64,000 nt of DNA from an uncultured virus (IMG/VR IMGVR_UViG_3300001605_000013) (IMGVR_UViG_3300001605_000013:1-64000), one strand, 5' to 3'; counted from the stretch's first letter, positions 54,994 to 62,916 are shown. Translations and numbers: made by a program. Notes: generated by a model not told the origin, from the letters alone.

Positions 54994-55546
54994 TGCCCCT
55001 GAGTCTTTCTGCTCAGTTGATGCAAGTACAGGAAGCATTGCCTTTGCTTTTTTTATAAACTGTGAATTAAAGAGTTATGGAAAGGTTACCTTTTCTGGAT
55101 CGGGTATTTATGAGAAGATTGCCGATACCGCAAAGAAGACTCAATCTATGTTTAAAGCAATGCCCACAGAGTGCATGGTTATTGAAAAAACTATTTTTGC
55201 CAATAGCCCCATGGTTGCAGCCAACCTCGCTCTTAGTCAAGGTGCTTTAATTGCTGGAGCAACCTTGTCTGGAGTAAAAAGGGTCCACTCTGTCGCTCCC
55301 ATATCCTGGCAGTCTTATATTGGTAATCCCCTGATCAAGAAAGAAGAGAAGGATATGATTAAGTCTCAAAATCCAGGGAAGTCAGCAGCATGGTACAAAA
55401 CAAAAGAAAGAGAAATAAGAAAGAATCGTACTATAGACATAGTAAACAAAAAGTATTCCATAAATGTAACAGATAACGATGTTGCAGATGCTATTGGAAT
55501 AGGTATGTTTTCTTTGGATAATTGGGATAAGGTAAGTAAATTATGA
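54974..55546 (+). CDS. RuvC-like resolvase
   Basis: SVDASTGSIAFA, MVIE, PISWQ, DNDVADAIGI. Confidence 0.78.
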   Translation: MNMNKNSAPESFCSVDASTGSIAFAFFINCELKSYGKVTFSGSGIYEKIADTAKKTQSMFKAMPTECMVIEKTIFANSPMVAANLALSQGALIAGATLSGVKRVHSVAPISWQSYIGNPLIKKEEKDMIKSQNPGKSAAWYKTKEREIRKNRTIDIVNKKYSINVTDNDVADAIGIGMFSLDNWDKVSKL

Positions 55547-55692
55547 GAAGTAAGGGACTACATCTTTCTGAAGCTTTTATGAAAAAAAGATATGTCATGG
55601 ATAAAAAGTCTCCAGAAGATATTGCCAAAGAGTGTGGTGTAAGTGTACAATTAATATATCGTCAACTAAAGAAGATGGGATTAAAAAGATGA
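55543..55692 (+). CDS. 49-aa HTH protein
   Basis: Manual translation: MRSKGLHLSEAFMKKRYVMDKKSPEDIAKECGVSVQLIYRQLKKMGLKR; ATGA overlaps on both sides. Confidence 0.7.
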   Translation: MRSKGLHLSEAFMKKRYVMDKKSPEDIAKECGVSVQLIYRQLKKMGLKR

Positions 55693-55985
55693 ATCTAGAG
55701 GCTCTTACAAAGGAAGCTCCCGCAGGTAAGGAAATCTCAAAGACCTGTGATGATATAAAGTTGTTGCTATTAAAGAAGAATGTAGCATATGGAAATTCAG
55801 CCCTGAGCCCGATTAGAATATTTAGTAAGGCAGAAAATAATGAGCAGCTTTACGTTCGCATAGATGATAAATTAAATAGGTTGAAAAATAATCAGTCATA
55901 TCCTGGGGACAATGATGTTGATGATCTTATTGGATACCTAATTCTTTTAAAGATTGCCAATCAAAGGGGAGAAAAAAATGGCTAG
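55689..55985 (+). CDS. DUF1599-like (nucleotide-modification-associated domain) protein
   Basis: KKNVAYGNS, VRIDDKLNRL, DLIGYLIL. Confidence 0.65.
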   Translation: MNLEALTKEAPAGKEISKTCDDIKLLLLKKNVAYGNSALSPIRIFSKAENNEQLYVRIDDKLNRLKNNQSYPGDNDVDDLIGYLILLKIANQRGEKNG

Positions 55986-56265
55986 AAGAAAAAAAGTCGT
56001 TAGCCCTATGGAACATCTTTATTCTAGATCAGATGAATATGTTTTAGATTCTGGGAGAGTCATCTCTAAGGGAGAAGTAATAAAGATAGATGGTGTTTGG
56101 GGAGTAAAGTTTAAGTTCAAAGAATTTGTTACAAGGATAGATAGCGGTAAACAGTGGATAGATTGCTACGAATTAGAAAAGGGTGTAACTTGTGGACTGA
56201 GATCTTTTTATCCAGAACGAATAAAGCCCCTATCTAAAAAAAGAAATAAAAAGAAAACGGTATAA
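55978..56265 (+). CDS. Hypothetical protein
   Basis: GGGGAG RBS before ATG 55978. Confidence 0.6.
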   Translation: MARRKKVVSPMEHLYSRSDEYVLDSGRVISKGEVIKIDGVWGVKFKFKEFVTRIDSGKQWIDCYELEKGVTCGLRSFYPERIKPLSKKRNKKKTV

Positions 56266-56272
56266 TATTCCT

Positions 56273-56611
56273 GTGGCAAAAGATAATCTAAAGAATTATA
56301 ATCAGCCACATCTATTCGATACCGAAAGAAACAAAAAAGAAAAGCCACAAAAAAGAACCGCTGCAAAGAAGCGAGAAGTCCAAGAGATGCTTGGAAAGAT
56401 GAAAGAAAAAAATGGTTGCACAGATTGTAAGGCTAAATATCCTTTTTACATTCTTGACTTTGATCATGTTTATGGCAAAAAAGTTGCTAATATCGGACAA
56501 ATGTTAGATTATTTTAGTATAGAAGATATACTAAAAGAAGTAGCCAAATGTGACATTGTATGTTCCAACTGCCATAGAGAAAGAACTTATCAAAGAAAAA
56601 ATAATACATAA
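56273..56611 (+). CDS. Small HNH-like endonuclease
   Basis: CTDC...LDFDH...KCDIVCSNCHRERT. Confidence 0.72.
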   Translation: MAKDNLKNYNQPHLFDTERNKKEKPQKRTAAKKREVQEMLGKMKEKNGCTDCKAKYPFYILDFDHVYGKKVANIGQMLDYFSIEDILKEVAKCDIVCSNCHRERTYQRKNNT

Positions 56612-56628
56612 AAATACCCTCTCAAACC

Positions 56629-56657
56629 TTGAAATCTTCTTTTTTTTGTGATACTCT
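56629..56657 (+). promoter_or_regulatory. Putative promoter for transglycosylase gene
   Basis: TTGAAA-17 nt-TACTCT with extended TG. Confidence 0.45.
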
Positions 56658-56689
56658 AGATAGATGTTGCCGCCGTCAGGAGGAAACAG

Positions 56690-57223
56690 ATGAAAACGAA
56701 ACTGCTAGGAGGAATGTTAGGAATGGTTATTACTTTATCACTTACTGTACCAGCCATTGCTGATGACTCCAAAACGGTGTATGCTAAGTCTGCACCAACT
56801 GCGGTCGCCACGGTCGCATACATCAGTCAAGAACATAGGGCTGCTAGGTCCAATCTTGCAGGTGATATGAAGGGCTTCGAACCTTCACTTTATCGTGGTA
56901 AGTGGTATGATAAAAAATGGGAAAACTCTCGTAAGTGCATTATGCAAAGAGAGTCACGATTCTCATATCATGCTGCCAATAAGTCATCTTCTGCAAGAGG
57001 AGCCTATCAATTTTTGGACTCTCAATGGAGAGATGGTCTTGTCTGGATGATGCTAAAAGAATCCAAGAAACACAACGATGGTTTATCTGGAGAAATAAAA
57101 AGTCTCTTTGACAAGCCTATTCATAAATGGTCACGATATTATCAAGATCGTGCTTTTTATACAGCATGGCAAAATGGCAATGGTAAGCACCACTGGTACT
57201 ACCCAGGTCATCGCTGCTATTAG
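56690..57223 (+). CDS. Secreted lysozyme-like transglycosylase (Rpf/SLT-like)
   Basis: Signal peptide ending PAIA; CIMQRES, SSARGAYQFLDSQW, YQDRAF, GKHHW. Confidence 0.78.
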   Translation: MKTKLLGGMLGMVITLSLTVPAIADDSKTVYAKSAPTAVATVAYISQEHRAARSNLAGDMKGFEPSLYRGKWYDKKWENSRKCIMQRESRFSYHAANKSSSARGAYQFLDSQWRDGLVWMMLKESKKHNDGLSGEIKSLFDKPIHKWSRYYQDRAFYTAWQNGNGKHHWYYPGHRCY

Positions 57224-57225
57224 TT

Positions 57226-57278
57226 AGTGGCAGGGTAGACACCATATTAAAAGGTGGCAACATATCTACCCTGCTACT
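57226..57278 (+). terminator. 14-bp hairpin with inner stem, overlapping an extended -10
   Basis: AGTGGCAGGGTAGA / TCTACCCTGCTACT enclosing CACC-N9-GGTG; TGCTATAAT at 57278-57286. Confidence 0.55.
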
Positions 57279-57307
57279 GCTATAATTGTTACCTATCAAG
57301 GAAGATA

Positions 57308-57835
57308 ATGGATAATAACGATATTATTTTACATATTGAAGAAGTAAATAAGGTTGCCGTAGAATACATAAAAGGCAAAGATGCTTCAGCAATATCTAAG
57401 GAATTAGAAATTCCTCGTAATCGTGTGCTTAGCTTGCTGAATGAGTGGCGAGACATGATTGCCAACAATGAAGCCATTAGGGTTCGTGCAAGAGAAGCCT
57501 TGGCTGGGGCGGATCAACATTACAATCAACTAATTAAACAAACATATGAAGTTATTGAAGATGCCACGACTACAGCAAATCTTTCTGCAAAAACAGCAGC
57601 AATTAAGCTTGTCATGGATATTGAAAGTAAAAGAATTGATATGCTTCAAAAAGCTGGGCTTTTAGAAAACAAGGAGCTTGCAGATCAACTACTTGAGCAA
57701 GAAAAGAAACAAGAAGTATTGATCAGAATTCTTAGGGAAGTATCAGGGGAATGTCCCAAATGCCGCAATGAAGTAGCAAGAAGGCTCGCAGATGTTTCTG
57801 GTCAAGGTGAGGTGATCACAGTTGAGCACGCTTAA
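57308..57835 (+). CDS. HTH + coiled-coil protein, probable terminase small subunit
   Basis: ASAISKELEIPRNRV; overlaps terminase large subunit start. Confidence 0.6.
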   Translation: MDNNDIILHIEEVNKVAVEYIKGKDASAISKELEIPRNRVLSLLNEWRDMIANNEAIRVRAREALAGADQHYNQLIKQTYEVIEDATTTANLSAKTAAIKLVMDIESKRIDMLQKAGLLENKELADQLLEQEKKQEVLIRILREVSGECPKCRNEVARRLADVSGQGEVITVEHA

Positions 57836-59610
57836 TTTTGATGATTTCTTCGATGCATTAGATGACGATCCTTTTGAGGAAGAGCCAGTAGATTTGGATA
57901 CATTTCTTTATAGCGAAGACTATCTTAATCAGCCACCACTTTCTGAAATTCAAAGAGATCTTGTGGAGGCTATGAGCCAAATATTCAAAGAAGAAGATTT
58001 GATTAGAATTATGGGAGAGGTAGAAGGAAAAAGACACTATAAAAAACTACACCAAGGCCGAGGTAATTCTGCAACTGGGAAAGGGTAGTGGGAAAGATCA
58101 CACTTCTACAATTGGTTGCTCCTATCTTGTGTATAAGCTATTGTGCCTAAAAGATCCTGCAAAGTATTTTGGCAAACCTCCAGGTGATTCAATAGATATT
58201 ATCAACATTGCTATTAACGCTGAACAGGCAAAGAATGTTTTCTTTAAAAACTTTAAAAATAAAATAGAAAGATCTCCATGGTTTGCTGGAAAGTATGATT
58301 CTAAGGTTAATACCATTGAGTTTGATAGGGCAATTACAGTATTCTCTGGTCACTCAGAACGTGAAAGCCATGAAGGTCTAAACCTTATTCTTGCCATCCT
58401 TGATGAGATATCTGGTTTCTCACAAGAATCTGCGAGTGGAAATGAAAATGCAAAAACTGGTGATGCAATCTATAAAGCTTTCCGTGCCTCAGTTGACTCA
58501 CGATTCCCTGATTATGGAAAGGTTGTTCTGCTTTCTTTCCCAAGGTATCCAGGAGATTTTATTTCTAAAAGGTATGATGAAGTTGTTGCTGAAAAAGAAG
58601 TGGAAATAAGAAAGCATACTTTTATTATTAATGATGATATGCCACCAGATAATCCAGACAATCAATTCCATATTGAATGGGAGGAGGATCATATTATGTC
58701 ATATAAGTATCCAGGAGTCTTTGCCATTAAGAGACCAACATGGGAAGCAAACCCTACAAGAAAAATTGATGATTTTAAGATTGCCTTTATGACAGATTAT
58801 GCAGATGCAATGCAGAGATTTGCTTGCGTTCCTTCTTTTGTATCAGATGCTTTCTTTAAACAAAAAGACAAACTAGAAAAAGCTATGTGCTTGCACAATC
58901 CCATAGACCACTTTAAAAGGGTGGAGGCAGCATTTGAACCAAAGGATGGGGTAAGATATTATCTTCATGCAGACTTAGCTCAAAAGCATGATAAGTGTGC
59001 AATCGCTATATCCCATGTTGATAAATGGGTTCAAGTAAGAACCTTTAACGATCACACTCAGATACATCCTTTGGTTATTGTGGATGCAATCGTATGGTGG
59101 GAACCACAAAGAGAAGGTCCAGTAAATCTTTCTGAAGTAAAGAATTGGATTGTTGATTTTCGCAGACAGGGATTTCAGATCGGTCTAGTTACTTTTGACA
59201 GATGGCAGTCTTTTGATATTCAACAAGAATTAAAATCTGTTGGAATAAAAACTGATACGCTTTCAGTGGGCAAAAAGCATTATGAGGATCTTGCCATGCT
59301 TGTCTATGAAGATCGTGTCCTAATGCCCCACAACGATATTCTTTTAGAAGAGATGAGTCAGCTTAGAATTGTCTCAGACAAAAAGGTAGATCACCCAAGA
59401 AAAGGCAGCAAAGACCTTTCTGATGCTGTAACAGGGGCGGTATATAACGCAATAGCTCACACACCCAGAAATACAAATCAAGAGATATCAATACACTCCT
59501 GGAAGTCTGCAACTAAAGATCGTGTAAGGGAAGATTCTGAAAACTTAATTACTCCTCCAAAACCAACAGAAGAAATAAAGGAATACTTATCAAACATGGG
59601 ATTCATGTAG
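57822..59610 (+). CDS. Terminase large subunit (indel at ~58045)
   Basis: Shifted frame gives VILQLGKGSGKD; Walker B ILDEISGF; LLSFPR; nuclease HADLA, TFDRW, DHP..GSKDLSDA. Confidence 0.92.
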
Positions 59611-59639
59611 TTGACATTAAAGATTTTTTAAGGTAAAAT
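59611..59639 (+). promoter_or_regulatory. Sigma-70-type promoter, leaderless
   Basis: TTGACA-17 nt-TAAAAT; ATG 6 nt later. Confidence 0.7.
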
Positions 59640-59645
59640 TTACAC

Positions 59646-59807
59646 ATGACGGCCTTTATAATAGTATCCTTGGTTTTATTTTTCCTCTCACTAATCTCTA
59701 ATGCTATTTTTGTACTAAATGAAAATACGACATTTAAGAGTGGATCAGTAGCTGGATTAATTGTGTTTACATCAATGATTGTCTGGGGAATTTCTCTTTT
59801 ATTCTAA
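59646..59807 (+). CDS. 53-aa two-TM membrane protein (holin/antiholin candidate)
   Basis: MTAFIIVSLVLFFLSLISNAIFVLNENTTFKSGSVAGLIVFTSMIVWGISLLF. Confidence 0.6.
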   Translation: MTAFIIVSLVLFFLSLISNAIFVLNENTTFKSGSVAGLIVFTSMIVWGISLLF

Positions 59808-59840
59808 AACCAATACCAGTAACAGTGGTATAATTTATTT

Positions 59841-59924
59841 ATGGAGCCTTTAGAAATGAATGAACTAACAGAAGAAGACTATACGGTGGCAGAAGAATCA
59901 GAAATTGATTGGAGTACTTTATAA
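59841..59924 (+). CDS. 27-aa acidic micro-ORF coupled to endolysin
   Basis: MEPLEMNELTEEDYTVAEESEIDWSTL; 6 nt after TGGTATAAT; TAA overlaps ATG 59924. Confidence 0.5.
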   Translation: MEPLEMNELTEEDYTVAEESEIDWSTL

Positions 59925-60640
59925 TGTCAAATCCCAGACCAAGACTCTGTGCCGCAGGAGTAACTCTGCGCGATCAAGTAAATAAAAAGTGGGTAGGCAG
60001 AGATAAGGCTAGTGATGGTTGGATTGGTGATGCGGCACATGCCTCCCGCGATGGTTGGGGAACAAATGGAAAGGGATCGTATCATAATCCAGATCCACGA
60101 GGCATTGTCCATGCCATCGATTTGGATGAGGACTTTTTAGGAAAAGGCAAGGGTCAAAAAGTTGCAAAAGAATTTGCAGACCAATTGGCAGCTTATTGTC
60201 GTGCAGGAAAAGATGGGGGAAGAATTGCTCACATTGTTTATGAAGGGCAAGTAGCCTCTGCCACGGCCAACAACTGGAAATTCCGTGGATCTGGCTATGG
60301 ACACTTTCATCATATTCATATTAGTTTTACCAATAGAGCAGACAATGATGGATCAAAGTTTGATCTACCTATATTTAATTCTGATAAGCTGTGGGACGGA
60401 AAAGTTCCAGAGTTCAACAATGTTGTTGCTGCAATGAATGATGCTTCTGTCAAAAACCTTGCATCATATAGGCTTGCTTGCCGACTTCACGACCTTGGAT
60501 TTTTTAAGGGAGAGCCAGTAAAGTATGAACAAGGATACCCTTGGAATTCTGTTGCAGCATGGCAAAAATCTAAAGGGTATAATGTTCAGCCTCCAGGAAC
60601 CTATGGAAGAATAGCTCACAGAAAGATTTTTGGAGAATAA
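59924..60640 (+). CDS. Putative endolysin (Zn-peptidase, M15-like, plus probable PG-binding tail)
   Basis: DGWIGDAAH, SYHNPD, VHAIDLD, HFHHIHISF; C-terminal LHDLGF...VAAWQKSKG...GTYG. Confidence 0.75.
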   Translation: MSNPRPRLCAAGVTLRDQVNKKWVGRDKASDGWIGDAAHASRDGWGTNGKGSYHNPDPRGIVHAIDLDEDFLGKGKGQKVAKEFADQLAAYCRAGKDGGRIAHIVYEGQVASATANNWKFRGSGYGHFHHIHISFTNRADNDGSKFDLPIFNSDKLWDGKVPEFNNVVAAMNDASVKNLASYRLACRLHDLGFFKGEPVKYEQGYPWNSVAAWQKSKGYNVQPPGTYGRIAHRKIFGE

Positions 60641-60642
60641 TA

Positions 60643-61431
60643 ATGCCTTGGGATATTCGTCAGGGAACGTCACAGTGTTCTGGATATGGAGTCTTTAAAG
60701 AAGGGACTAATGAGTTATCAGGATGCCATGAAACTAGAGATGCTGCTGAAAGGCAGATGGCTGCCCTTTATGCTTCAGAACCAGAAGCAGCCAAGTCCTT
60801 AAATGATGAATTTGAAAAATATCGTGGAGAACTTTACGCAAAACTTACAGAAGAGGAAAAGGCTTTTCATGATGCCCTCCTAAGAATTGCAGATGAGTAT
60901 GGTCCATTTGATCAGGGCACATCAAGCATTTGGGTTGGGTACGAACCAGGTTCTGAAAATGAAGATGCAAAGATTGGTGTCATGTGCGCGAACTGTTCAT
61001 TTTTCAATCCAGAGAGTCAGGGCTGTGCAATTCTTTCTTATAAGGTGGAGCCTATGGGCAAGTGTAGGCTAGCCGCTATCCCAGATGGATACGTCAAACC
61101 AGAAATGGAAGACGAGGATGAAGAGGAAGAAGAGATAGAAGATGTATACAAGGCAGAGTCTGTTCGTGTAGGACAAATGGTTTCTTGGAACTCTAGTGGA
61201 GGAAGAGCAGAAGGCAAAGTAAGAAGAGTAATTAGAGATGGATCGTATAGTGTTCCAGATTCTGATTTTACAATTAACGGAACGCCAGAAAATCCAGCGG
61301 CAGTCATTGAGCTATATCGTGATGGGAAACCAACTGGAAGAATGGTTGGACATAGAGTTGGATCTTTGACAGCAAAGAAAAGCCTTTGGTCTGGAGCATT
61401 TGATCCTAGAAGGATAAGTAAAAATGGCTGA
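60643..61431 (+). CDS. Multi-domain hypothetical protein (Cys-cluster and Tudor/SH3-like modules)
   Basis: GCHETRDAAERQMAALYASE; CANCSFF...C...C; VRVGQMVSWNSSGGRAEGKV; ends KKSLWSGAF. Confidence 0.7.
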   Translation: MPWDIRQGTSQCSGYGVFKEGTNELSGCHETRDAAERQMAALYASEPEAAKSLNDEFEKYRGELYAKLTEEEKAFHDALLRIADEYGPFDQGTSSIWVGYEPGSENEDAKIGVMCANCSFFNPESQGCAILSYKVEPMGKCRLAAIPDGYVKPEMEDEDEEEEEIEDVYKAESVRVGQMVSWNSSGGRAEGKVRRVIRDGSYSVPDSDFTINGTPENPAAVIELYRDGKPTGRMVGHRVGSLTAKKSLWSGAFDPRRISKNG

Positions 61432-61813
61432 AGGACACATTCCAACGGACTCTATGGCATCTAATGCCAGAAGGGGGCTTGAATTAAGAAGAGAGCACGG
61501 CAGGGGAGGGACATCTGTTGGTATTGCTAGGGCAAGAGATATTTCTAATAAAAAATCTTTAAGTGACGACACTATTTTACGAATGCATTCCTTTTTTGCT
61601 CGTCACGAAGTTGATAAAAAGGGAAAGGGATGGAACTCTGGAGAAGATGGATATCCATCCAACGGACTAATTGCTTGGCTCCTTTGGGGAGGAGATTCTG
61701 GAAAATCCTGGGCAGAATCAAAAAGGAATGCTATTATGCGCGACAGAGAATCTAAAAAAATTTGGCAAGGATCAGCTTTTGATTCTAAATTTGACAAAAG
61801 AAGTAACTCCTGA
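61424..61813 (+). CDS. Hypothetical phage protein, possibly head-associated
   Basis: ARRGLELRREHGRGGT, RMHSFFARHE, IAWLLWGGD; ends KKIWQGSAF. Confidence 0.7.
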   Translation: MAEGHIPTDSMASNARRGLELRREHGRGGTSVGIARARDISNKKSLSDDTILRMHSFFARHEVDKKGKGWNSGEDGYPSNGLIAWLLWGGDSGKSWAESKRNAIMRDRESKKIWQGSAFDSKFDKRSNS

Positions 61814-61819
61814 TAAAAT
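61791..61819 (+). promoter_or_regulatory. Sigma-70-type promoter
   Basis: TTGACA-17 nt-TAAAAT with extended TG. Confidence 0.7.
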
Positions 61820-61839
61820 TATAGAGAGGAGTTGATGAG

Positions 61840-62181
61840 GTGTTACACATCTTATTTTCGTTTAATCCATCCATAGGATTCCTTTGGTCTGTTATATCTA
61901 ATGCATATTATTATATGCGTGAAGATAAATTAGATCGAGTTTTTGACAGCATAGTTCGAGAGGTAGAAGAAGAAATGGAAGATAATGAAGATCGTCCAGT
62001 AAGTGTTGCAATCATTGAGGATAAGGCTTATTGGGTTGTTGACAATATGTTCTATCAGGCAGATCTAACTATGGATGGTGAGATTGATAAATCAAGTTCT
62101 AGGCCGATTGACGCATTTGAAATGTCTAGCAGGGACGTAACAAAGATGCTTTTTATATTAGACAATCTATCAGAAGGATAA
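61840..62181 (+). CDS. Hypothetical protein
   Basis: AYWVVDNMFYQAD; start uncertain. Confidence 0.6.
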   Translation: MLHILFSFNPSIGFLWSVISNAYYYMREDKLDRVFDSIVREVEEEMEDNEDRPVSVAIIEDKAYWVVDNMFYQADLTMDGEIDKSSSRPIDAFEMSSRDVTKMLFILDNLSEG

Positions 62182-62183
62182 TA

Positions 62184-62528
62184 ATGAATATCATTGTTCA
62201 GGGAACCAAGGAGTTCTCAGACTATAACGTATTTTTGCGTGCCATGGGGGTTGCCCTATCAGATGTCAACGATGGTGAGTTTAACCTCTACTCTGTCGGA
62301 CCTTCGCAAATTAACTCTTTTACCGCTGAGTTTTGCAATAGATCGGAAAACAGTTTAAAGCAAAGAGGAATCAAAGCAAAGTTTTTTAGAGTTCCTGCAT
62401 CCTTTATTGAAGACAACATGAACACATTTGATTACTTTGCATTTCTTTCAACACCAAATCAAAGGCCATCTAAGTTGGTAGGATCAGCAGAACTGGGCGG
62501 AGTAGAAGTTGGAATCTTCAGATACTAG
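62184..62528 (+). CDS. Hypothetical protein, weakly SLOG/YspA-like
   Basis: MNIIVQGTKEFSDY N-terminus. Confidence 0.45.
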   Translation: MNIIVQGTKEFSDYNVFLRAMGVALSDVNDGEFNLYSVGPSQINSFTAEFCNRSENSLKQRGIKAKFFRVPASFIEDNMNTFDYFAFLSTPNQRPSKLVGSAELGGVEVGIFRY

Positions 62529-62535
62529 GAATTTT

Positions 62536-62916
62536 ATGTTGAGCAAGAAAGACAAGGCTTATTTAAGTGTTGCAAGATATTTTGCATTAAAGTCTAGCGC
62601 AAGAAATACCCATGGAGCAGTAATTGTAAAGGGAGGCAGGGTAATTGGTACTGGATATAACAGAAATAGAAATCATCCAGCAATAGTTTCTCCAGAACAC
62701 ATTAAGACAGATTGCAGCACACATGCAGAAGAATCTGCAATCCGTGATGCACGACATGATGTAAGAAATGCAATTATATATATAGCTAGAGTAAATAAGC
62801 ATGGAGAAGATAGGGATAGTGGACCTTGCCCCAGATGTTTAAAGCTAATAAAGAATTCTGGGATAAAGAAAATTATTCACACAACACAATCAGGGAGAGA
62901 ATATGTTCGTAACTAG
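62536..62916 (+). CDS. Cytidine/dCMP deaminase family protein
   Basis: HGAVIV..G.VIGTGYN, HAEESAI, PCPRC. Confidence 0.88.
   Translation: MLSKKDKAYLSVARYFALKSSARNTHGAVIVKGGRVIGTGYNRNRNHPAIVSPEHIKTDCSTHAEESAIRDARHDVRNAIIYIARVNKHGEDRDSGPCPRCLKLIKNSGIKKIIHTTQSGREYVRN

Noticed and set aside
53939..55546. CRISPR-Cas or TnpB/Cas12-like system from Cas4-like and RuvC-like genes
   Set aside because: No repeat-spacer array or cas1/cas2; RuvC-like protein is only ~190 aa; both fit a phage recombination module.
56612..56689. c-di-AMP riboswitch before the Rpf-like gene
   Set aside because: Leader is only ~25 nt from the predicted promoter; too short and lacks the motif.
3330..58070. About a dozen frameshifts in essential genes (fibre ~3340, protease ~19170-19300, capsid ~20930, tape measure ~32040/32120, tail tip 34250-37640 and 40970-41120, HNH ~43515, helicase ~45430, terminase ~58045) as recoding or pseudogenes
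   Set aside because: They cluster with N bases and homopolymers/single extra bases, lack in-phase slippery heptamers, and hit indispensable genes; sequencing error is the simplest explanation. Raw reads would settle it.
1290..62802. Numerous minus-strand and nested short ORFs in the track (e.g. 40106..40627, 49324..49791, 31185..31655)
   Set aside because: Shadows of well-supported + strand genes, with no motifs, RBS or promoters.
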